The translations under genes and the position numbers were made by a program. A DNA stretch of 64,000 nt from an uncultured bacterium (lineage in GTDB: Bacteria > Omnitrophota > Omnitrophia > Omnitrophales > Aquincolibacteriaceae). The notes under the pieces were generated by a model. It did no database searches. It worked only from the letters and a program-made list of their open reading frames with translations, and was not told the origin of the DNA. The stretch spans positions 159,063 to 223,062 of the forward strand of contig CAYSSX010000005.1 of assembly GCA_964434115.1 (NCBI GenBank), in the 5' to 3' direction. Of the stretch, positions 28,647 through 37,217 are shown one piece after another. Within the stretch, counting starts at the first letter, position 1; the number at the start of each line of letters is the position of its first letter.

Positions 28647-29739
28647 GTTTGCTGCCTCCGGAAATAAAGAAAATAACCTTCGACGCTTCCTGGGCATCAG
28701 GCAGCGTCTCAAGTTTTAAAGCCTTATTCACAACCGTTTGCGCTCCAGGGGTTGCAAGGAGCGTACCATCCTTATTCTTTATCGGCTCAGAGGCCGTTTT
28801 TTCGGCGATTTTTACTAGATCGGCTTCCTCGGCCTTATTTAAAGCGGAAAGATCCACTGCCTTGGCCTTAAGACGCCCGCGGTCTCCGGAAGCCGGCAAT
28901 GCCTTGGGAGCCTCCAGAGAAGGGTCCGCCGGTTCCGGCAGGGATTCCGGGTCAAAAAGGGTTTCACCCTTGCCATCGCCATCCGCATCCAGATAAGCCA
29001 GCTCCGTGGCCTGAAGATGATTATCGCGGTACCAGGCCTGGGCCCTTTGCTGGGATTCCACAAAAACGTCTTTAAAAGAGGTGCCCATCGTCAAGGATCC
29101 GGGCTGCAATTCTCCCGACGTGGCCTGAAACATGGCGGGAAAAAGGCGGAGGAACATCCAGGGAATGAAGTCATACTCCCTCAAACCGCTGCCCGCCGCG
29201 ATCAAGCGCCCGGGTTTTCCCATCTTCTGAATCCACGCCTGTCCCTGAGGAATCGCGAGCGCCAGGACCATGCGCTTCGCGGAGATCGGTTCAATCCACC
29301 CCATAAGATCTTTATAGGAAACGTCCTGTTTCGGCAGATGCATCAAAGATTCTTCATCGCGGCCGTTGGCATGGCCCGCAATCCAGATAAAAACATTTTC
29401 GTAGTCCCTGCCGGCCAGTTCCTTGAATTTCTGTTCGAGATGTTCTTTATCCGAAACAAAATCATTCGCGCGGGTTCCCGGGCTTTCTGAAAACTGATAA
29501 ATGTCCGCGTCCCTGTAACCGTTCGCGCGCAGGACCTCGGAGAGTTTTGAAATCGAATCGTTAAAATAACCCTGAAACTGATGGCTGCCGGAAATGCCGG
29601 TAATGAGAAGCGCAAGGTTCCGGCCCTGGACAGGCTCTGCAAAAAGAGGCTGAGACGTCCCGGCGGAAAAAAATAAGGCGATCGCGCCAAGGCTCAAAAC
29701 AGCTCTTACGCGCAGTCTTAAAAAGACTCTTGAAACCAC
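28636..29739 (-). CDS. Secreted hypothetical protein, possibly a caspase/legumain-like fold lacking the catalytic Cys
   Basis: Signal peptide. The beta-strand/His pattern (LALLITG ... IWIAGHANG ... MVLALAIPQGQ) resembles the caspase-hemoglobinase fold, but with Gln where the catalytic Cys is expected. Speculative. Confidence 0.5.
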   Translation of the reverse strand: MVSRVFLRLRVRAVLSLGAIALFFSAGTSQPLFAEPVQGRNLALLITGISGSHQFQGYFNDSISKLSEVLRANGYRDADIYQFSESPGTRANDFVSDKEHLEQKFKELAGRDYENVFIWIAGHANGRDEESLMHLPKQDVSYKDLMGWIEPISAKRMVLALAIPQGQAWIQKMGKPGRLIAAGSGLREYDFIPWMFLRLFPAMFQATSGELQPGSLTMGTSFKDVFVESQQRAQAWYRDNHLQATELAYLDADGDGKGETLFDPESLPEPADPSLEAPKALPASGDRGRLKAKAVDLSALNKAEEADLVKIAEKTASEPIKNKDGTLLATPGAQTVVNKALKLETLPDAQEASKVIFFISGGSKHGS

Positions 29740-29979
29740 AAACGCTCCTGAAAAAATTTAGACTTTTTTGGAGTTTAAGGTTTACACGATACCCTGCGGA
29801 ACTTCAAGGGACCGGGGTGTTATTTTTGCATCTGGGGATGGGAGAAAAAAGACGCCCTTATTGTGCCGAATTTACGCACTTTTTACAAGCCCGGCGAGAG
29901 GTCAGAATTCCCTGCTGCCAAAATACCCACGAACCCCCAGAAAATGGCTTTTCGCAGTTCAAAACCAAAGGAGCAGGCG

Positions 29980-30207
29980 ATGAGCGACAGGGACACTCTG
30001 ATTACTAGCATCCGTGATCAAAGAGATATTCTCGATAACCTTCTTTTCACGCTGGAAAGCAGGCCCGGGCTGGGCGCCCGGGAATACGCGCTTTGCGAAC
30101 AAACAACGGCAGAAGTCGGGAAAGGGCTGGAGCGGGTCAGAAGTTTCTCGATTGAGCGGTTTGTGTCTGAAAAACTCTGGGGATCGGAACTGCGTCCGGC
30201 GGTTTAA
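29980..30207 (+). CDS. Small hypothetical protein (about 75 aa)
   Basis: AAGGAG RBS before an internal ATG (MSDRDTLITSIRDQ). Convergent with prfC. Confidence 0.35.
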   Translation: MSDRDTLITSIRDQRDILDNLLFTLESRPGLGAREYALCEQTTAEVGKGLERVRSFSIERFVSEKLWGSELRPAV

Positions 30208-31793
30208 ACCCGGGAGCCGGGAGCCAGATCAAAAAGAGAAACCCGTGGGTTTTTTTCCAGAAAAAAATCCACGGACCAGGGGTTCGGAAAAAAAATCACA
30301 GTACGCCCATCTTTGTCTTCGCCCATGTCCGCGCCAAAAGGAAGGACATCACGAACGGCCGCCATGTCCGCATCTTCTCCCACCCACCGCATAATCTTCC
30401 AGGGCGCGGGGTCAAAAATAGAATCCGCGTTGTACTCGCTCTGAAGGCGGTATTGAACCACTTCAAACTGCAAAGGCCCGACCGCGGCAAGCACGGGGCC
30501 GCGTCCGTCTTTCAAACGAAACGATTGAACAATGCCTTCATTTAAAAGCTGTTCAAGCCCTTTTTGATAGGCCTTGTGTTTGTCCGGTTTCGGGTTGCGG
30601 ATAAAAGAAAAACACTCGGGCGGGAAGCGCGGAATTTCATGATAGGAAATGGCGGGATCTTCGGTCAGCGTGTCGCCGATCCGGAAAGTGTCATAGCCCA
30701 CAAGCCCGACAATGTCGCCAGGGTAAGCCTCTTCCACAATCTCGCGGCTCTGCCCAAACAATTTATGCGAGTTCGAAAGCCGGATTTTTTTTCCCGTACC
30801 TGAATGCGTGACCATCATGTCGCGTGAAAACTTTCCAGAACACACGCGCAAGAAGGCCACGCGGTCCCGGTGTTTTGGGTCCATATTGGCCTGGATTTTA
30901 AAAATAAATCCGGAGAATTCCGGCTTTTCAACGGGAACGGCACCTGTCTCGGAACGCCGCGGCGCGGGCGATGCCGAGTATTTCACAAAGCCGTCCAGCA
31001 TCAATTGCACGCCGAAGTTGTTGCTCGCGCTGCCAAAAAAAACCGGCGTGGTTTCACCGGCGAGCACGGCCTCGGAATCAAAACCCGCCTGCGCGTGATC
31101 AAGGATTTCAATTTCCTCCGAGACCTTGTGGTAGACCGCTTCATCCATTTTTTCACGGACAAACGGATCGGAAAGATCATGGATCGTCACCGGCGCGCGG
31201 TACGCGCCGCCGATCGTGCGCTCAAAAAGGTGAACCTGTTTAGCCTGCCGGTCATACACGCCTTTGAAATCCGAACCGCTGCCGAGAGGCCAGTTCATCG
31301 GGTAGGCGTGGATTTTAAGCACGCTTTCCAGTTCGTCGATCAGCGCAAGCGGCTCCAGCGAAGGACGGTCGAGTTTGTTCATAAAAGTAAAAATTGGAAC
31401 GCCTCGTCTTTTGCAGACTTCAAAGAGTTTCCGCGTCTGAGTTTCAATACCTTTGCCCGCGTCAATGACCATCACCGCGGCATCCACGGCCATGAGCACG
31501 CGGTAGGTGTCTTCGGAAAAATCTTTGTGACCGGGAGTGTCGAGCAGGTTGATGCGGTAGCCGCTGTAATCAAATTGAAGCACGGTGGAGCTGATGGAGA
31601 TGCCGCGTTTTTTTTCAAGCTCCATCCAGTCCGATGAGGTGTCGCGCTGATTTTTCCGCGCAGTGACAGAGCCCGCAAGATGAAGCGCGCCTCCGTAAAG
31701 CAGGAGTTTTTCGGTAAGCGTGGTCTTTCCCGCGTCCGGGTGTGAAATGATGGCGAAGGTTCTCCGCCTTTTGATTTCCTGGTCTGCGTCCAT
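30204..31793 (-). CDS. prfC: Peptide chain release factor 3 (translational GTPase)
   Basis: GTPase motifs (AIISHPDAGKTT, DTPGH, NKLD) and full-length RF3 architecture. Confidence 0.9.
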   Translation of the reverse strand: MDADQEIKRRRTFAIISHPDAGKTTLTEKLLLYGGALHLAGSVTARKNQRDTSSDWMELEKKRGISISSTVLQFDYSGYRINLLDTPGHKDFSEDTYRVLMAVDAAVMVIDAGKGIETQTRKLFEVCKRRGVPIFTFMNKLDRPSLEPLALIDELESVLKIHAYPMNWPLGSGSDFKGVYDRQAKQVHLFERTIGGAYRAPVTIHDLSDPFVREKMDEAVYHKVSEEIEILDHAQAGFDSEAVLAGETTPVFFGSASNNFGVQLMLDGFVKYSASPAPRRSETGAVPVEKPEFSGFIFKIQANMDPKHRDRVAFLRVCSGKFSRDMMVTHSGTGKKIRLSNSHKLFGQSREIVEEAYPGDIVGLVGYDTFRIGDTLTEDPAISYHEIPRFPPECFSFIRNPKPDKHKAYQKGLEQLLNEGIVQSFRLKDGRGPVLAAVGPLQFEVVQYRLQSEYNADSIFDPAPWKIMRWVGEDADMAAVRDVLPFGADMGEDKDGRTVIFFPNPWSVDFFLEKNPRVSLFDLAPGSRV

Positions 31794-32042
31794 GCTTTTT
31801 TCCCTGTGTCCTTGATCCCGTAAAGACCCGGAGTCTAGCAACTTCTCTTAGGATAAGCAACGCTGATCCTGTACGCCGGGAGCCTCTATGGATAGCTCTA
31901 ATTCACGCCTTGCCAAGGAGTTAGGAAAATGTGAATAAACCTCCCGCCCCCCCGTCCTACATTGCGGCTTCCTGAAAGTCCTTTGAGGACCTATCCGGAA
32001 GTTGGAATAAAACCCCCTAACGGGAGAAAAAGGAGCAATTTC

Positions 32043-32357
32043 ATGAAGAAATATCAGATTTTGTCCATCGTAATGGCAGGTGCTTTTCTGGTGTTCCAGG
32101 GCCAGGCTTCAGCGGAACTGATCAGCGGAAAAGTTGACAGTGTCACGGAAGCCAAGGATTCCTTGAAGGTGACCACGGAGAATCCGGTGACCCAAACCGA
32201 AGAAGCTGTGAAAGTCGGTCTTGATCAAGCCACGGAATTTACCGGTGTCGCAGCCGCGGAAGAATTAAAAGCGGGTGACGGCGTGGTCGTGGATGCCGAG
32301 AAAGACGAAACAACCGGCGAATTGAAAGCCGAAGCGGTAAACGCAACAAAGATCTAA
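32043..32357 (+). CDS. Small secreted hypothetical protein (104 aa)
   Basis: AAGGAG RBS. Signal peptide MKKYQILSIVMAGAFLVFQGQASA. Acidic mature region. Confidence 0.5.
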   Translation: MKKYQILSIVMAGAFLVFQGQASAELISGKVDSVTEAKDSLKVTTENPVTQTEEAVKVGLDQATEFTGVAAAEELKAGDGVVVDAEKDETTGELKAEAVNATKI

Positions 32358-32465
32358 GAAGTTCCGTTCTTTGATTTAGGACAAAAGACTATCGCCGAAT
32401 TTCCTTATCCTTTCGGAAAACGGGAAGTGCGCGCACCACGGTGAATCTCCTCCGGGAGAAGGGCT

Positions 32466-32520
32466 ACTCTGCGGCCCCAACCAAAGCGCCCGTCTCGCAG
32501 GCGTTGCAGAGTCTTTTTTT
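32466..32520 (+). terminator. Putative rho-independent terminator (ACTCTGC...GCAGAGT stem with structured loop, then T7)
   Basis: 7-bp outer stem plus inner GC pairing, followed by CTTTTTTT. Downstream of the 32043-32357 gene. Confidence 0.35.
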
Positions 32521-33196
32521 AATTCTCACAGCTTTTCCAGTTTCCTTCCTCAAACACCCGCTCATAAAATTCTTTTTCGCTGGCCGCGACGCCTGAAAAA
32601 ACATTTCCTTTCCGGAGATTGTCGATGCACTCTCCGGCAATGCGCAGAAGAAAAGCGGGCGGAAAATGAAGGCTAAATCCGCCCTGCCAGGGTTTATAGG
32701 CAGGTTCGTCCGAGTCGCCTCTCCCTTTAACCTGATCATGCAGTTCCGCAGGCCGGTCCGCGGCCATCCGGCAAAAAGCGGTCAGGAGTGACAGGTAGCG
32801 CGTCATTTGAAGCGCCGGGACTTCGTCCGCGCGGGCCATTTCTTCCAGCTGATAGAAAAAAGGCTCTGCGGATCCAGTCTCAGCCCCTTCGGTTTTAAGC
32901 TGTTTAGTGACCGCGGTGTAAAGCCGGCTTGTTTTCCGTTCGGCATCCGAAAACATCACTTCAAGGTGAAGTTTGAGCTGGGAAAGACTAACGCGGGTTT
33001 TGTCGGGCCATGCGGCGCTGGTCTCAAGAAGGCGCGTGACCCGTGAGCGCGGTGTGGCTTCCGGGGTTTTCAGAACCGCCAGGCCTTCGAGGATGCGCGA
33101 AAGCCTCACGGTGCGGCAGGCAGTACAGTTCGCGGAGGCTGCTTTTTTAAGTCTTGCTGCGAGAATTTCTTCCAGAGAAGAGGACTTGTCAGACAT
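32519..33196 (-). CDS. Hypothetical protein (225 aa)
   Basis: ORF immediately downstream of the Rho-like gene (25-bp gap). No recognisable motifs. Confidence 0.5.
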   Translation of the reverse strand: MSDKSSSLEEILAARLKKAASANCTACRTVRLSRILEGLAVLKTPEATPRSRVTRLLETSAAWPDKTRVSLSQLKLHLEVMFSDAERKTSRLYTAVTKQLKTEGAETGSAEPFFYQLEEMARADEVPALQMTRYLSLLTAFCRMAADRPAELHDQVKGRGDSDEPAYKPWQGGFSLHFPPAFLLRIAGECIDNLRKGNVFSGVAASEKEFYERVFEEGNWKSCEN

Positions 33197-33220
33197 GATG
33201 CGGCCTCAGGTCAAAAGATT

Positions 33221-34210
33221 TCAGGGTTTTTTCTCAAGAGCGGCGAGCAATTCCTGATTGGTGGGGAATTTTTCCAGGAGTCCGACCAATGTCCGCGCGG
33301 CTTCGGGAGGGCTCATGTCCGCGAGGCCGGTGCGCAATTTCCGCGTACCCTCTTTTTCTTCCGGCGTAAAAAGCAGTTCTTCTTTGCGGGTCCCGGTTTC
33401 GCCCACATTCACGGCCGGATAAATACGGCGGCCCGCGATGTCGCGCGAAAGCACAATTTCCATATTTCCGGTCCCTTTAAATTCCTGGAAGATAACATCG
33501 TCAAGGCGGCTCCCCGTTTCCACGAGCACGGTCGCAAGAATTCCGAGCGATCCTCCGTTTTCAATTTTGCGCGCGGAACCAAAAATACGGCGCGGCACTT
33601 CCAGTCCGCGGGCATCCATGCCGCCCGAGAGGGTCCTTCCCTGGCCGCGGATGCCGGTATTGTGCACGCGGGAAAGACGCGTCAGGGAATCCAGCAGAAT
33701 CATGACATCGCCGCCCGCATCCGCCTCTGCGTAGGCCTGACTCATCAGCTCATCGGCCACGCGCACATGATTTTCGTACGGCTGGTCCACCGAGGACCAG
33801 CGCACATCCGCTTTCACAGTCCTCTTAAAATCCGTCACCTCTTCCGGCCGTTCATCGATCAAAAGGCAGTAGACTTTCATGGACGGCTCCGCAGCCGTTA
33901 TCGCCTGGCAGAGGTGTTTGAGCAAAGTCGTTTTTCCGCACGTCGGCGGCGCCACAATCAATCCCCGCTGTCCGCGCCCGATCGGGCACAAAAGATCCAT
34001 GGCCCGCATCGTGAGTTCCTTGGAACCGCTTTCAAGCCGGATGCGGGGTGAGGGGTCAATGGAAACCTTTGAAAGAAAACGCCGGGCAGCATCATCCTGA
34101 CGATGGTCGCGGAATTGCGCGCCAGGCCCGGGAAACCTTGCTCCGGGACGCGGCGGAAAATCCCTGCGGCGGGAATGATGGCGGTCATTTCGATGATTCA
34201 TGGAAGGCAC
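33221..34210 (-). CDS. Rho-like RecA-type ATPase/helicase lacking the N-terminal primary RNA-binding (OB-fold) domain. It has an Arg-rich N-terminal tail of about 70 aa instead.
   Basis: Aligns by eye to E. coli Rho from about residue 150 to the C-terminus: PIGRGQRGLIVAPP-GKT (P-loop), LLIDERPEEV, Q-loop ETGSRLDDVIFQEFKGTGNME, R-loop GGMDARGLEVPRR. Only 329 aa against about 419. No in-frame upstream extension is possible because the adjacent YHS gene lies 52 bp upstream. Confidence 0.8.
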   Translation of the reverse strand: MPSMNHRNDRHHSRRRDFPPRPGARFPGPGAQFRDHRQDDAARRFLSKVSIDPSPRIRLESGSKELTMRAMDLLCPIGRGQRGLIVAPPTCGKTTLLKHLCQAITAAEPSMKVYCLLIDERPEEVTDFKRTVKADVRWSSVDQPYENHVRVADELMSQAYAEADAGGDVMILLDSLTRLSRVHNTGIRGQGRTLSGGMDARGLEVPRRIFGSARKIENGGSLGILATVLVETGSRLDDVIFQEFKGTGNMEIVLSRDIAGRRIYPAVNVGETGTRKEELLFTPEEKEGTRKLRTGLADMSPPEAARTLVGLLEKFPTNQELLAALEKKP

Positions 34211-34262
34211 GGCCCTCTGCCCTTAAACGGGTTCAGGCTTTTTCCTTTTTAGATTTCAAAGT

Positions 34263-34739
34263 TCAGCGGATTCTGGGCCATTGATAATCGGCCTGCCGGA
34301 TATTTTCATCACGGTTTTTTTCCCAATCCGACTGACTTGAGAGGCTTTTGTGAAGATACAGTTTTCCTTGAACAACAGACCAAAGTTTGGGGTCGGCTTC
34401 GATTTTCTGCGCGCTCGCAATTTCGAGGGCTGAATACCCTTCATACTGGGGCGCATACCGTTCCGGGTACTCAATAAATTTAAGTCTATTTTCTTCCGAG
34501 GAAAAACGCCAGACTTTATCGTTCCAGGTGTGAAGAAATTCGTTTTTGCCTTTGACCGGACGTCCCGCCCGGAAATAGGCCACGGTGTCATAGCCTTGAA
34601 TAACGGGCGGAGGGCCGGAAGGTTCTGCGGGTTTTTCCTTGGGTTTGGACCAAACAGAAGGGCAGATCAAAAAACCCGACATCACCGCCGCCGCCGTAAA
34701 AAACAAAAGGCCTCGGCAAATTTTCATGGGTTTAGGCAA
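34263..34739 (-). CDS. Secreted YHS-domain-like protein
   Basis: Signal peptide. GYDTVAYF...G motif region typical of Cys-less YHS-family periplasmic proteins. Confidence 0.55.
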   Translation of the reverse strand: MPKPMKICRGLLFFTAAAVMSGFLICPSVWSKPKEKPAEPSGPPPVIQGYDTVAYFRAGRPVKGKNEFLHTWNDKVWRFSSEENRLKFIEYPERYAPQYEGYSALEIASAQKIEADPKLWSVVQGKLYLHKSLSSQSDWEKNRDENIRQADYQWPRIR

Positions 34740-35631
34740 CGATCAGCTGATCCACAATTTTTTCGCCGCTCTCTTCGCGGACCGTAAACTTGACCGGCAT
34801 ACTTTCACGCAGATCAGCGGCGGCCAGGATCTGTTTGACCGGAGCATCTTCGGGAAGAACAACGCTTTCCTCTTCCCCTTCAAGATTCAGCTCAACCCCA
34901 TTTTCCGTTTTCTTGGCCTGAAGCACTCTTTTTGGCTGAGCCAGTTCGGCCGCGGGAGCGCCCCCAGCAGGAGAAAGCACAGGCGCTTTCGGTCCCATCA
35001 TTTCTTCAGGCGGAGGCAGGTCTTCGGCCTCGTGTTCAACCGCTTTATGTGAATCTTTCATGGCTGCGCCAAGATCCGCGCCGCCAGGGGCACCGCCGCC
35101 GGCTGCCGGAGCACCCCCGCCAGCCCCTGGAGCGCCCATTGGACCTGCACCGCCACCAGGTAACCCGGCTGGAATCCCGCTGTTCTGGGGAAGGTTCGGA
35201 ATATTTGGCAACTTGGGTATTTGGGGAACATTAGGGACATCCGGAACATCCGGGATATTGGGCATATTCGGAAGGCCCAGCTGTTTCTTCATAGCATCCG
35301 ACATATTGCCAAAAGGGTTTTTCATTCCTTTCACGCCTTGAATGCCGGGCCCTCCTGCCCCGGGAATGAAAATGCGCTGGCCTTCTTTCACTTCCTTCGC
35401 GGGAATCGTCCCTTCAATCTGGCTGGAGGCATCGACCACGAACACATCGCCCTCAGCGCCCTGAACCGTAAGTTCGTATCGGCCGCCGCCTAAATCCTTG
35501 ATGGCCTGAATCACACCGGACACAGGTTCTCCGGCACCAAAAGCCAGCGGCCTCAAAACCGCCTCGGACGCGGCAAACATAAGAAGTGTGAATTTAGCTA
35601 TGGAAGAAAACGCTTTTAAACTTCTGATCAT
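34732..35631 (-). CDS. Secreted Pro/Gly-rich repeat protein (N-I-P-x-V-P-type tandem repeats)
   Basis: Signal peptide at the internal Met (MIRSLKAF...). Tandem short repeats (PNMPNIPDVPDVPNVPQIPKLPNIPNLP) visible at DNA level around 35190-35290. Gly/Ala-rich segment. Confidence 0.6.
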   Translation of the reverse strand: MIRSLKAFSSIAKFTLLMFAASEAVLRPLAFGAGEPVSGVIQAIKDLGGGRYELTVQGAEGDVFVVDASSQIEGTIPAKEVKEGQRIFIPGAGGPGIQGVKGMKNPFGNMSDAMKKQLGLPNMPNIPDVPDVPNVPQIPKLPNIPNLPQNSGIPAGLPGGGAGPMGAPGAGGGAPAAGGGAPGGADLGAAMKDSHKAVEHEAEDLPPPEEMMGPKAPVLSPAGGAPAAELAQPKRVLQAKKTENGVELNLEGEEESVVLPEDAPVKQILAAADLRESMPVKFTVREESGEKIVDQLIVA

Positions 35632-35728
35632 AAAATTCCCCCTTTTCCCCTTCCGGGACGTGTTGTCCCCTATCCTATTTCGCTCCCTGTCCATCGTCTT
35701 TTTAAGAAAAGTCTTAACCTCCGCTTAA

Positions 35729-36427
35729 TTAATAGTCGTGCGGCAGGCTTGAGCCGTTCGCGGGTTTTCCGTAAGACTCACGGATAATGGCATCCACACC
35801 GACAAAAAAATGCCGCAATTTAGAATTGGGATCCACGGGATCCGCATGAATTCCAAAAGCTGCGGGATTGACCGCTCTTAACAAGGTAAATTGATAGGGC
35901 TTGCGGATTCCGCCCGCATACGAGGCTGGAAGAAGTTTAGCATCAATCATGGCTTTCATGTCGGTGGGAAAATTTTTCCGCTGATTGAAATAGGTCACGG
36001 CCGCATTATTAAGGATGGCCAAATCCCTCAGGCCTTTAAATTCCAGCACACGGTTGACAGCAAGTCCAGGCGCTTCCCACATTTTCTGGAAAAGGTTCGG
36101 CTGAAGCGGTGCGGGCGCGGCGGATTCCCCAGGCAATTCCTGAGGCGCGGAAGGAGCGGGCTGAAGGGCGCGGGTTTCTTCAAGCCGTAAAACTTTTTCT
36201 TCTCCTGTTTCCGGATTTTTCAGCGTCACGGTGCCTGGTTCAATCGCGGTGATCTGAAAGGATTCCACCGTATCGCCTTTTTTCAGCGGCTGTCCGTCAA
36301 TAAGCGCCAGGGATTGTTCCTGGTTCCGGGGATCCATGACGATTCCTTCCAGACGGAAGCCGGCCCCATAAAGGACGGTTTGAAAAACTGTCAGAAAAAT
36401 CCACGAAAGAAAAACGCTTTTTCTCAT
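35729..36427 (-). CDS. Hypothetical secreted protein
   Basis: ORF with an N-terminal hydrophobic segment. No recognisable motifs. Confidence 0.45.
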   Translation of the reverse strand: MRKSVFLSWIFLTVFQTVLYGAGFRLEGIVMDPRNQEQSLALIDGQPLKKGDTVESFQITAIEPGTVTLKNPETGEEKVLRLEETRALQPAPSAPQELPGESAAPAPLQPNLFQKMWEAPGLAVNRVLEFKGLRDLAILNNAAVTYFNQRKNFPTDMKAMIDAKLLPASYAGGIRKPYQFTLLRAVNPAAFGIHADPVDPNSKLRHFFVGVDAIIRESYGKPANGSSLPHDY

Positions 36428-36608
36428 CACATCTTTTTCAAGGTAAGGGCCGCAAACGGCCAAAGTAAGGAAGAAGCACTAGGGGGAACCGGATACCTGC
36501 CCCATGCAACCTAAAATCTAGCAGATATCCGGACAAAAAACCAAGCCCATGACAGACAAAAAGTAAATGAGTCCGGGGCCAGGTCTTTAGAATGACCCCG
36601 CCGGCTTC

Positions 36609-37217
36609 CTAATAATCGATGCCGGGCTGGGCTAAAAGGCCTTTTTGGTAGGGGTGCTTGACGCAGCGCATCTCGGTCACAACATCCGCCATGCGAATCA
36701 GCGCAGGCGGCGCAAAATTTCCGGTGAGAATCACGTGTTTAAAAGGCGGCTTTTTACGGAGCTCGCGCATCACATCGCCAAGGTTTAAAAAGTTGTACTT
36801 CAGGGCGTAAAGAATTTCGTCCCAAATCACCACATCGTATTGGGGATCATGAAGAACTTCCACGGATTTTTTCCAGGCTTTGCCCGCGGTTTCCACGTCG
36901 CGGTCAAAGAGCCCGGTGTCCCATGTAAAACCTTCTCCCATGACAAAAAACTTCAGCCGGCCGCCGAGAAGCTTTTCTGATTCCCCTTCTCCGGTTTTCC
37001 ACTTTCCTTTAATAAACTGAACCACCACGGCTTTTCCCCCTCGCCCCATGGCGCGGAGCGCGGTGCCAAAGGCGGCCGTGCTTTTGCCTTTGCCGTCGCC
37101 GTAATGGAGAAGGATAAGCCCTTTTTTCTTAAACTTCTTAGCTTTGGGGGCCTTGCGGGGGGCTTTGTCTTTGAGAATTTTCTTTTTCGCTTTTTTCCTT
37201 TTCATGATGTTCCTCAT
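36609..37217 (-). CDS. cobO: Cob(I)yrinic acid a,c-diamide / cob(I)alamin adenosyltransferase (CobO/BtuR/CobA family)
   Basis: P-loop HYGDGKGKSTAAFG and size of the CobA/BtuR family. Lys-rich N-terminal extension. Last gene of the B12 uptake operon. Confidence 0.8.
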   Translation of the reverse strand: MRNIMKRKKAKKKILKDKAPRKAPKAKKFKKKGLILLHYGDGKGKSTAAFGTALRAMGRGGKAVVVQFIKGKWKTGEGESEKLLGGRLKFFVMGEGFTWDTGLFDRDVETAGKAWKKSVEVLHDPQYDVVIWDEILYALKYNFLNLGDVMRELRKKPPFKHVILTGNFAPPALIRMADVVTEMRCVKHPYQKGLLAQPGIDY

